Assembly: GCA_024704765.1 (NCBI GenBank)
Contig: JAKMXF010000298.1
Location: 310,001-374,000, forward strand
DNA: 64,000 nucleotides
From: Oopsacas minuta
Lineage: Eukaryota; Animalia; Porifera
Direction of reading: 5' to 3'
The notes below the pieces were generated by a model. The model was not told the DNA's origin, ran no database searches, and was given only the letters and a program-made list of their open reading frames with translations. Positions 1 to 10,408 of the stretch are shown here, one piece after another. Within the stretch, counting starts at the first letter, position 1. Every line of letters begins with the position of its first letter. The position numbers and the translations under genes are program-made.

Positions 1-3000
1 CTTCTGTTGTTGCTAATTCAGGCCAGTAACGATAGCACTTGTTCTTACCTGCCATGATATTGTATTAATAAGGAAAGAGAATATTAAACTACCTGTACGT
101 AATACAATATCCCTTCAACTTCAACTTTTACATAATTATTTCCAAATAGACTCGATTACCCCTAACTGGCAGTTGAAACGAAAGTTCTCGTGTGAATTTG
201 TTACTTTTGAGCTCTGAAAATGGTTTCTACGCACTAAATTACTGCTGATAATACGAAGTTCTTAAGAAACGATATACGTATAAACACGAGGTATAATTTC
301 AGGACTTAAATCAATTGAAACACAACTTACCTCCCTCTTTTAGTGACGTAAGCATTACAATAAGTGTACACCCCTGGTCCCAAACCATACACCAGAAATC
401 CTTGCAAGTGTGTTTCAGTGGCCCTTGTGTTACAACATAGAACTTCTTTTCTATAACACAAAACACTAAAAGTTACAATTTTTGGTGAATATTTACAAAT
501 AATATTCACCTTTAGCATTAATTGTTACTTCAACATGTGAAGCATTGATATAATCAGATTCTATAGTTAGCTGTACTCTTGTCTCGTCATAAGGTAAAAT
601 ATCCTTGTATCTATTCTTCTTAAAGTTATCTGGGTATCTAGCTGCTAGCGTACTCCTAGACGGGTTATTAGGTTGCTGGGGGATGGCAAGGAATGTGTCT
701 ATTGATGATCCATCTCTCAAGCATTGAGATATTAAATCGATTGACTGTGGTAACGTTAAAGAGGGCAGTCCTAGACAAAGTAGATAATAAGATAACTGTA
801 TAACAATGCATGAATCAGTTCCTTCAAAAATTTCATCACAAGTGACCATGGATGGAATTAGTGTATATATTTTATAAAATATTAGAAAATGTGAAATTAA
901 CATACTCTTAGGGGCTAAAGCAGAAGGAGTTTGATTACCAGCTGTTCTTGATACAGCCATCAGCTGTCCCTCACTAGCAGATCCACTATGTATATGTCTT
1001 GAACTGTCAGCTGATATCATATTTTGAGATTGATTGGGGAACTGAGCTTGTAGTAAACTGAGCATTTCAGTACTCTTACTTTTACGACGTCTGACTACCA
1101 GTTCTAAGCCATCCTGCTGGAGATCTTTACCAGACTTAATAAACTTTACCAATTGGTGATGAGAGAATATTTGTACTGAATGTCTATTGACCTAATTGAA
1201 GAATTGTACATATATGAAGTATCTTGAAATTATAATTATGTATGAAAAACTTGTAGCACTAAAATCCGGGAAATAAGTACATAATAAGACTATACTCACT
1301 CACCTGTACAAGTTCATCTCCCAGCTGTAAAGGTGTCGGGTAGGCTAGACTAGCTGGTGAATCAGGCATCACTTTAGAAACAATAACAGGTTCTTCCTGA
1401 TTACGCTCTTTCCCTTGTATATTGAAGCCGTATCTTCCTTCTGGGTCAGACCGTAGTATCAAACAGATCTCTTCTCTAGCTATACAGCACATTTTGTATT
1501 CAATACTTGTATAATAAAGTTTAATGAAAAATTATACAAAATTTTTTGATAATGAATTAGTTATGCAAGCTATTTATATTTCTAAAGCAAATTAATGAAT
1601 ATCCCAACTTTGATATTTTGTATTAGTTCTTACCTGCTAAATGTTAGTTAATTGTGGATCTATATGCATTCACCTCCCGTTATATGAAGCTCAAGGGGCT
1701 GCGATAATTATTTCGATATAGGCAGAGTTTGACGGTTTGCGACCATATTTGTACAATTTCAGACTTCGATATGAGTGGGTATATCGTTATATCCATATTC
1801 GATATTACGAGAATTGACTGAACGTAGATTCTTACAGATTATGTAGATCGTAAAAATACTCAAAAATATCGTAGAATTAGAAATATATTCACCTGGTACA
1901 GTTTGATAGCACTCAGAATCCATAGACAGATTTCTATCATGCATATACTGTAACAACTGATTCTCTGATTGAGGAATATTATTATACTCTTCTGGCTCAA
2001 AGTTAGCTTCTCTACTACTAGTACTGCTAACAGATGAAAGAGACAGAGATCTGGTAGCCATGGTGAATTGTGAGCCTATAACATAAGGTGTCATAATCGA
2101 ATCCATATGTTTTAATACACCTAGAATAGAAGCCTATCCAGATATACACATAAATATGTCACATGTAAAAATTTCTATACTAAATTAAATAATTCAAAAC
2201 AATTTGTTTCAGAAATTAGTTCATATAAAAAACGCAGAAAATGGCACTGAATATCAACGTGGAATATTATACAACTTCAGAGCACATATAAAATTGTATT
2301 GCGTAATATACCTTCTATTAATCCCTGATTAAAACTAGTTGAACTTTGAACTCCAGCAGTAACTATATTAGGAGTTGATGACTTTTTGACATAGGGAGGC
2401 TTCTTATACGAGGGAGGAGGATCTTTGTATCTAGGTACTGAGTAGTGATACAGCTCTGAGGTAGAGTTTGAGTATACTTTATTGATATCATTTGTTGGAT
2501 ACTGTAGCTGTAGTGTCCGAAATGAGTTTCTAACGGTAAGATACGTAAAATGAGTGGTTAGAATAACACATACGTATTTTGAATTATGAAGTAACTTACC
2601 CTGGTGGAGTTAGAGGAGTAAGTTGATGGGTCATAGACTCAGGTACGGTTGCCTTTATTGGCTTAGATACAACAGGAGCTTGTGATCTAGGTCGATTAGT
2701 TGCTATACCATGAGAAGTAGGCTTAGGTGTAAAGAAAGGGGTTAGGTTAAGCCCAGTGAACTCAGTTTTAGGAACACCTAAACTACCAGTCCGTATTCTC
2801 GTTGGAACAGGCGGAGGGAGATCGTTCATACTCTTTTTCTTAACAAAATTCATCTCTATAAATTACAAAATGAAATCGTTAAGAATGTCAAATTTTTGAA
2901 GTAAATACCTTTCTTTTTCATATCTTGTCCAAGTTTGTCTAAATCTTCATACTGATTAATGAATGGAGGCGTGATTGCCTGTGATGACGTCAGCATAGAA

Positions 3001-5356
3001 TTATGCGTTGCAATAGCATTATTTTGTGGAGGAGTAAGCGAGTCTCTATACAGAAAATCTAATAACGAAGTGTTCATATTTATCATCATAGAGTACCAGC
3101 TGTATATGTATTAAGATGATGTTATCATGGGTCACATTCAAAATGATTCTAATTCGCAGTAGTGAGGATTTTGAAGTCATATATTTTTGTATATGACTGA
3201 TTTGTATAAGTTCAGATACAGACAACTCTAGTTACATCAAAATACCTGCTGATATCGAAGTCTTAAATTGTATAAATATGACCCCAAAGTAACATAAATT
3301 CCACCGGTTATATCCAAGTTATTTATTACCGCCGTCCCCTGAGCTTCGATATGACAGGAGTTGACTGTATATAATATATACCTGTCAATTGCCTTGTCAA
3401 ATGAACCAGTTCTTGACCTTACGTCATCATTAGGCTGCTGCAGTTCAGAGTTAATCTCTTTTCTCAATGTATTATGTTCGTTCACGCTAGCAACGCTATC
3501 GGAATGCATAAAAGGAGGAGGATCAGGAGCACTGCGACGTATTCTAGGCGGAGAAGATGATAGTGACTTAGTGTTAGCTTCCGCGTATGGGAATATACTA
3601 TCATTAAACGGGGGACTAGTAATAGACATACAGAGATGACCTGCTAGATTACTAGAGGTAGATGGCGTATGTTTGAGTGGAATTGAGGGTGTTTGAAATG
3701 CAGGGTGAATAAGAGACCTCTCTCCCGTGAAGAAGGCGTGATAATCTCTGCATAGACACCAGAAATCTTTACAAATACGACCGTTTACAAGTTTAAACTC
3801 TAAATCCGTCTTTTTACCAGTTCTATGATGACGTGCTACAATTTTATATTTATTTCTTCGTGAAGATAATCGTATTATATTTCTCCAGGGGAAAACTTCA
3901 TGTAATATTCTCTTCTCGAATAAGCACACACCTATATGTGATACTGCTATTTGGATGGGGTAGCTAACTCTTCTGGCTGAACAGCAATTCATACCGTAGT
4001 ACTCCAATGCTAGAAAAGGTATAATATCGGTTCAAATGTTACGTAACGAAAGTTACCTGACCCCAAGATTGTCACATTCTGCATAATGTGGCCTTGGTAG
4101 CGTTACATAACGTTTGAACGACCGCTTACAGTGTTTCATTCAGACATTTTGGTGAGAGGGGGAAAACCAGAGTTTTGGCTATGAAGGATGGGTACTCATC
4201 ATCTAAAAGGGACACCTAGGATCCAAGGGGGACAAAATGCCCCCTTAAATCAACCCTGCCTTAACTACAGTCAACTCCCATCGGTTATAGGACATATATC
4301 GAACACGGATATATCGAAGTACCCATTTATATAGAAGTCTGAAATTATATAAGATAGTTCAAAATAGTCAAAGTAACATAATTTCACCGATTAACCGTTA
4401 TATCGTAATTTTCGCAAAAAAGTCCTAAGAATACTTTTAGCTAATATTTACATAAATTACACTTACTTGTTACGATAGAAAGAAATTCCTTTTCGGCTTG
4501 TCCAGCAGGCATACCGTATTTAGATTGATGTACAGCTGCTACAAAGCTAGAGAATGTATAGTCAGTGTCTTGAGTGAATCTAAACTGATGTACATAACCA
4601 TCTGTCATACGATAAGGATCATAGTCACCTAATTCAGCTTGTAGAGCTAATGCACACAGTTGCTTTAGAGTACTATCAGAACAAGGTAGTCTCCTATTGA
4701 GAGGAATATACGTGATAAGAGGGATTTGTGAATAATCGTTTTGTTCTCGATTCGCTGGAAGAAAAGTTACAAAAAATAGCTGAAAAACGATGGACAAAAT
4801 CTAAGTGTATTTGTAACTAAAGGAATTTGCTAAGCACATACATATAGATTCCACTCCCATTAAATCTAACTACGCGGGAACTGACGTATATATCTTAGCG
4901 TATACCCACATTTCGCACCATGATAATTCGTGGATTATCTCACATTCACTTTGAAAGTATACATTTCCTTTCATCATGGTGCGAATTGTCAGTATTCCCT
5001 CACTTAGTATATAGATCCAATTTGAGCTGTAGATAAAACAGATAACGTGTATATTCATGGTGACATCTATCAGGAGCTGGCGGGTAATACTTTACACGGA
5101 AATATAAATGTATACGTGTTTGTTTTGAAAAATTTGATAATTGTTTCTTCAAACTCTTCTCAGCTAATAACCATTTGAATTGAGTTTCTTGTTGATATTG
5201 TAAACCGAAATAAATATTCTCCTTCAATTCGATCTGATCGAATATATGTTGTAATAGATAATGCCCGGAGCAAGTTCGATCAACTTCATAGCACATTTCA
5301 GCTCCATCTAGAAACTGTACTTGACATAGCATGCCTGTTGGAAGAGGAGATTCCAT
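1..5356 (-). CDS. PTPN3/4: FERM-PDZ-protein tyrosine phosphatase (PTPN3/PTPN4/PTP-MEG type), multi-exon, 3' part runs off the left edge
   Basis: FERM exons 5356-5004 ([20 protein letters not shown]), 4693-4467 ([12 protein letters not shown]) and 4009-3382 ([16 protein letters not shown]). PDZ exon around 1490-1305 (GRYGFNIQG). PTP motifs [15 protein letters not shown] and DYINASHV (770-510), [17 protein letters not shown] (451-328) and KCYRYWP (48-1). GT-AG boundaries join in phase where checked. Confidence 0.92.
1667..1820. mobile_element. Degenerate MITE, family A (pogo/Tigger-like TIR CAGTCAACTCCCGTTATATCGAA)
   Basis: Starts CATTCACCTCCCGTTATATGAAG and ends CGATATTACGAGAATTGACTG. The interior matches the copy at 61947-62100. 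Lies in a PTP intron. Confidence 0.7.
3219..3367. mobile_element. MITE family A, TA-flanked
   Basis: TA-CAGACAACTCTAGTTAC ... CGATATGACAGGAGTTGACTG-TA, intronic in the PTP gene. Confidence 0.8.
4268..4420. mobile_element. MITE family A, left end intact, right end decayed
   Basis: TA-CAGTCAACTCC...TATATCGAACACGGATATATCGAAG, plus the shared interior motif GTCAAAGTAACATA. Confidence 0.65.
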
Positions 5357-5523
5357 ACTATCAATTTCTCTAGATTTATATATGAATATAGCCTATAATT
5401 AATATATTATGATACTTACAAGTACATGATTGTATAAGGAATATAATGCATGGTATTCAAACTGAATATATTCATGAACAATAGATCCTAATATGAAATC
5501 TTCCCAGCTGTTTAGTCGAACAC

Positions 5524-6228
5524 TCATAACATACAGGCTTTGAGAAATCGGTTAGTTTTCAATTCTGATGAGCTCTTTATTTTCGACAGGGCTACTTCTA
5601 ATGAAACGGGGTTGAAGAGTTGGGTAGGCTCTTTGAATATAGAACATTGATCAAATATAATTTCATCAATAGCAACCTTTGTTTGTATTGCTATTCTAAT
5701 TGCAGGGATTTGTACAGGGAAACCGCATACTATAAGTGTATTTATTTGTAATGCATTATCTGCTATGAGATTGTGTTTATGTATTTGTCGTAGTGCTGCC
5801 CGTATGGATAAGAATATATTCATTCTATTTTTATTAGAAGGATCTGCTCTATGTGTAGGGGTGTAGATAAAGTATCGATTTGTAGGGAATGAAAGGAGGA
5901 GAGATTCGCCCACTAACAATTCTCCATTATATTTATCTTGTATGCTTTTGGTTAGGCTTTGTTCAAGGTAATCTCCGTACAGCTGAATAGCCTTTGAATG
6001 TAGTTCATTTTCTGTTGATAAGAACCCAAAGCTATTGCCAGGTAGGATAAGAGCTGAGTTTGGAGATAATTCAAGTTTATTTGTCTCTATTTGTTGGTAT
6101 CTTATTAATTCTGAGTATCTAGAGTGAGAGAAAACTTCTTCACAATTTTGCAATAGTTCTGGGTTATCTGAATGGAAGTGTAGGGAGTTCAAACAAGAGG
6201 ATTTATCAGTTTCTGTTTCAGTAGCCAT
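5524..6228 (-). CDS. Macrodomain-like protein (Appr-1''-p processing family), intronless, ligand loops degenerate
   Basis: ALILPGNSFGFL, IQDKYNGELLVGE, YFIYTPTHR and NIFLSIRAAL resemble family motifs AIVSPANSFGFMDGG, YxGELxVG, YLIxAPTMR and NxYLAFRAAL. Confidence 0.72.
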   Translation of the reverse strand: MATETETDKSSCLNSLHFHSDNPELLQNCEEVFSHSRYSELIRYQQIETNKLELSPNSALILPGNSFGFLSTENELHSKAIQLYGDYLEQSLTKSIQDKYNGELLVGESLLLSFPTNRYFIYTPTHRADPSNKNRMNIFLSIRAALRQIHKHNLIADNALQINTLIVCGFPVQIPAIRIAIQTKVAIDEIIFDQCSIFKEPTQLFNPVSLEVALSKIKSSSELKTNRFLKACML

Positions 6229-6333
6229 TTGAATACGTATTTAGAGAATAATTTTGAATTACGATTTATTCAAATAGGGGATAGCTAGGTAACTGATAAA
6301 ATGCCTGAGGAAGTGTGTAATGTATAGTTAGCA

Positions 6334-6489
6334 CAGTCATATCCCGTTATATCGAACACGGATAATTTACTTATATCGCGGTCTGATATTATACAAAAAT
6401 GGTCTCATACCGTCAAAGTAACATATTTTATCGGTAATTGAAGTAATTATAATTACCCATTGAGTTTCGATATAACAGGAAGTTGACTG
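6334..6489. mobile_element. MITE family A
   Basis: CAGTCATATCCCGTTATATCGAAC ... TTCGATATAACAGGAAGTTGACTG-TA. Confidence 0.8.
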
Positions 6490-7175
6490 TATCTCGTTAT
6501 TAACCGCATGGTATTTGAAATAAATATACACATAGATCTGTGTTGCAATTTATAAGAGAGTTACTTTCACAACTGACAAGGGTGTAGATCCATAAAAAAG
6601 AGGAGGACTAACCCCAAAAGTGGTGGGAAACGCCCCCAATACACCCATAATCCCGCGATTTATGCCGATGCAAATCTGCCAAGTATCCAGTTGCAACTTT
6701 GCGCTGGCATCATTTTTGGCACAAGTCACGATTTGGGGCAATATCTTGACTGAGTATCAATTCTCTCGCAAAATTCATTAAAGTCCTTATACGGAGTTAC
6801 GTGCTAATCGTATTAATAATGAATATTACGTCCAAACTCCGTAATCAATTAATTTTCTTAAATAATTATCATGATACTAATCTATAATTAATTTCCAGTT
6901 AAATGCTGAATGTATTACTTTTGTAATGCTGAAGAAACTTTCAATATACGCTACTCTGTGTTCATTAAAACAGCCATATAAGCAAATATAATGGCAACAG
7001 AACTAATTCTACGTAAGCTAAAGTTGGCTAAACAATTCGTCAAAATGTAATGATCAAAATTATTAATTAAATCAGCTCCCAGTACAAAGTAATAATTGTT
7101 TAGGTTATGAAAATTTATTCCAGATAAGGACAAAAATTGACATTTATTACAAATATTATTCATTACGTATTTAAT

Positions 7176-9512
7176 TCATGTAGGTGCAAATGAGAAACTT
7201 GCTGGGACAGCTGATAGCTGACAGTAGCTTTTCTTTCCACGAGTAACATCCTCAGGAGGTGAAGTTAGGCGAGCGAGGGTGACTCCATTGAAGTTTCCAT
7301 TCTTATTGAAATGGAAATGGTGACAACAATCTTTGCTGAGGAAAATAAGTCTATCTTCTGTATTAGCTATTACTGGCATATAGCGTGTACGAAAATGTCT
7401 TACTTTATGTGGGATGAGCAGAACCGTATCTCCAGTTTTGAAGTTATCAACTGATACGAATCCAGAAAGGGATTCTTGTGCATCTATATCAGAGAGAGAA
7501 GATGAACTAATTCCATCACTGAGTGGAAATGAGGGCGTAGGAGTACGTGCACTAGGGTATGGCATTAGGAAGTTCTGTGGTGTAGCAAGGTTAACGATTA
7601 GCTCTCTTGAATCACGGAGAAGTCTATGTATTTGTAATGTGTACTTTGAGCGGATATCAAGTAGCAGGTGGGAGAAATTAGCTATTATAGTCTGTAGCTG
7701 TAGTGAAGACGTGTATACTGCCTGCAAAGATAGTGCGTATTTTGCTGAACGCTGAGCGCGCTCAGTTCTTAGCTTTTCAAGGTTATTTTCTAACAAATGA
7801 ATTTGCGAATCTTTCGGTTTAGATTCGGGGCTGCTAGAGAGGACGCTGATGCAAGCTTCCAAATCATTTAAACTGGATAATGGCGAGTGCGAAAACTTTG
7901 AAGATGACAAATGTGAAATTAGCTCAATTGCTTTATGTTGTTGGAAGGAAACATCTGCAGTTAACTTAGTCTGTATTTCTGACAAATATTTCGTGATTTC
8001 CTGCAGTTTCTCTTGCCCAGGAATATTCGTAGCAAGTACAAAATCAAAGTTGAGGCTATCAAGTTCAAGCGTTGTGTTTATCGTATCTATTTTAGCATCT
8101 GCAGCCGCTTTCTCTAATGATAACTGTGAATCTATATCTTGGTAATGAGCAATGAACTGATTGCAGTAAGAGAAAAGAATCATGACAGCAGTATTATGGT
8201 ATTCCTCGCTTTTTTGCAATATGTTATATGTCGTGATACAATTACGAGCTAATTCACCTTTACTCATTGAACCAGTCCCTGATTCAAGTTTTAATAAAGA
8301 TGCAGGCACGGAGAGTGGTGAGAAGCGTGGTGTAGCAAATATAGAAGTATCGCAGAGTACAGCCATGTCAAGGGAAGATTGGATTGATTGGAAATGAGGG
8401 ATCATACTTTTGTTTTTGATGTTGATGCTAACAATTCCATCTTTTGATGGATACAATATTAGTAGATCTTCTTGTCGCACAGAAAAGAGTTGACTAGCTT
8501 TACAAGCAATTTCGTTCCAGGTCATAACTTCATCTTTCGCTACACGTGCTACTTCTTCAGTGTGTAGGAAGAAAAGGGACATTTTGGGGATTTCGAAGTC
8601 TTCAGCTTGTTCTACGAGTGCATCAATACCGATACGTTTCAGAGGATCAACTTTCAAAAGTTGTATTATTAAAACTTCAATTTGCTGAAGAAAAGATTGA
8701 GAGAAGAAATGACTAATTTTGTTGGGAAGTTTACGAATGTAGTTAACTTTATCGAATTTAATTTCAAATGCAAGAGCATCTTCCTTCTTAGAAATAAGCC
8801 CATGAATTCTCTTCACATCAGCAGCAAATCCGTATTCCCCAACAATAGCAAAATACAGTAGAGCTCCGATACTCCAAAGATCTACCAAATCATTGTATGT
8901 TCTTCCTGGCTCTATGAGGCATTGCAAAGCTTCTGGGGCCATAAAGGCTGGACTACCTGCGAGTGATACAAGAGGCATGCTATGATCCCAGTAACGAGCA
9001 TACCCAAAATCGGCTAGCTTAATGTCGAACGTTTTCTTTTTAGGGTCAATCCATTTTATAAGCACGTTCTGAGGTTTTATATCTCTATGCACGATATCGT
9101 GTTGATGCAGGAAAGACACACCCTGTGCAACTTGTGAAAGGAAACGAATCAACATTTGCTCTGAAGGATCATTTGCTTTTCTGTATACTGCAAAATCGTC
9201 ATCACAAAGTTCCATCACAAGGATAATCTCAGCTCGAGTTTCCTCTACAGCGAATAGCTTCACTATATAAGCACAAGTCCCAACATTTTGCAAAATATCA
9301 ATTTCTCTTCCCAGAATACGCTGGCTTTTCTCGTTCTTTAGTATGCGACTTCTGGCAATACATTTTACAGCAACTGCGTATTTCTCTCTAACGTGGTGAC
9401 CCTTGTAAACATTCGCGAATGTTCCTGAACCTATTCTATCACCGGAATTTTCCGTCCACTTAAAATCTCCTGAAAAAGGGGAAATACCTTCAATATTAGT
9501 GATACCAGTCAT
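7176..9512 (-). CDS. Ser/Thr kinase (ULK1/TBK1-IKK-like) with ubiquitin-like domain, helical scaffold and C-terminal Atg11/FIP200 Claw-like domain, intronless, 778 aa
   Basis: GSGTFANVYKG, VAVKCI, HRDIKPQNVL, DFGYARY, GSPAFMAPE and DLWSIG give an intact kinase. A ULD-like segment follows (MSLFFLHTEEVARV...DLLILY), then a long helical region and the C-terminal VSVDNFKTGDTVLLI...LIFLS...SYCQLSAV. Confidence 0.88.
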   Translation of the reverse strand: MTGITNIEGISPFSGDFKWTENSGDRIGSGTFANVYKGHHVREKYAVAVKCIARSRILKNEKSQRILGREIDILQNVGTCAYIVKLFAVEETRAEIILVMELCDDDFAVYRKANDPSEQMLIRFLSQVAQGVSFLHQHDIVHRDIKPQNVLIKWIDPKKKTFDIKLADFGYARYWDHSMPLVSLAGSPAFMAPEALQCLIEPGRTYNDLVDLWSIGALLYFAIVGEYGFAADVKRIHGLISKKEDALAFEIKFDKVNYIRKLPNKISHFFSQSFLQQIEVLIIQLLKVDPLKRIGIDALVEQAEDFEIPKMSLFFLHTEEVARVAKDEVMTWNEIACKASQLFSVRQEDLLILYPSKDGIVSINIKNKSMIPHFQSIQSSLDMAVLCDTSIFATPRFSPLSVPASLLKLESGTGSMSKGELARNCITTYNILQKSEEYHNTAVMILFSYCNQFIAHYQDIDSQLSLEKAAADAKIDTINTTLELDSLNFDFVLATNIPGQEKLQEITKYLSEIQTKLTADVSFQQHKAIELISHLSSSKFSHSPLSSLNDLEACISVLSSSPESKPKDSQIHLLENNLEKLRTERAQRSAKYALSLQAVYTSSLQLQTIIANFSHLLLDIRSKYTLQIHRLLRDSRELIVNLATPQNFLMPYPSARTPTPSFPLSDGISSSSLSDIDAQESLSGFVSVDNFKTGDTVLLIPHKVRHFRTRYMPVIANTEDRLIFLSKDCCHHFHFNKNGNFNGVTLARLTSPPEDVTRGKKSYCQLSAVPASFSFAPT

Positions 9513-10004
9513 TCAGTAGTTCAATTAATTTTTTAGTTAATTTAAAATACAAATATTTTTCTTTTATACTTGGAACTTAAAAATTTTTATGATTAATCAT
9601 GGCATTAATCAAAACTGCAACGCATTACATTCATCATTTCCAAAAATAACATGTAATCAAAGTCTAGGTAAACCAAAATAAACCTACAGTGTAGCTTATC
9701 CTTTATCTGACCTCAGTTGATGAAGAGATTTTCCGTAAAATGGATTGTAGTATATTACTTTCTATGAAAATATATTGAAAATGCTTTATTATCCACTTTT
9801 TCATAAAATACTCACGAAGAATGAATTTCAGATAAAGATACGTCTGCAGTGTACATGAATGCAATTTCATAATTAATAAACAGAAGACAATAAATCAAAA
9901 CAACACACTTAATAAAAAGATATTTAAAACACCATATATGTGTGGAATGAAACCCAATCACGATGTAAACTGAATGGCTGCAATTATGACGCCCGTCCGT
10001 TGGT

Positions 10005-10028
10005 GTTCGTTTTAATGAGGTTCCACTG
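10005..10028. mobile_element. Isolated pogo/Tigger-type TIR (family B right end)
   Basis: GTTCGTTTTAATGAGGTTCCACTG-TA is the reverse complement of the CAGTGGAACCTCGTTAATACGAAC end at 20729, with small mismatches. Confidence 0.55.
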
Positions 10029-10408
10029 TAACTAAGTATAGAAACGAATCGGTTTCATGTACCAACGTAATTTCTAGCTACCATAAAGATTGTAAACTGT
10101 CACGTATATTGTACAAAGGAAAGACAGTTGTCTTTGTACGATTGTATGCATGAGTAGAATCAAAGCAACTGAATAGGAAAACTTAATATTAACATGGTTG
10201 TAATAGTACTAGCATAATATGCAGGTTTATATGTAGTGGTGTCACAGGCTATCATATTTCTGTGGTGAATGTTTAATGTAGTTCTATGCCAAAGAATCAG
10301 TGGTTTAGCAATTTGTAGAATATTCATAAATGCTGATAAGCCCAATTGAACGTTTTGTTTCGTATAAAATAATAAGCCTATCTCGTAAAGACTATAATCT
10401 ACAAAGAA

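Noticed and set aside
327-518. 63-aa ORF as listed in the track
   Set aside because: It is the wrong frame. The true PTP exon ([17 protein letters not shown]) is in another frame at 451-328.
6550-7163. Short ORFs 6550-6741 and 6951-7163
   Set aside because: No recognisable motifs and low-complexity AT-rich composition; probably the 3' flank of the kinase gene
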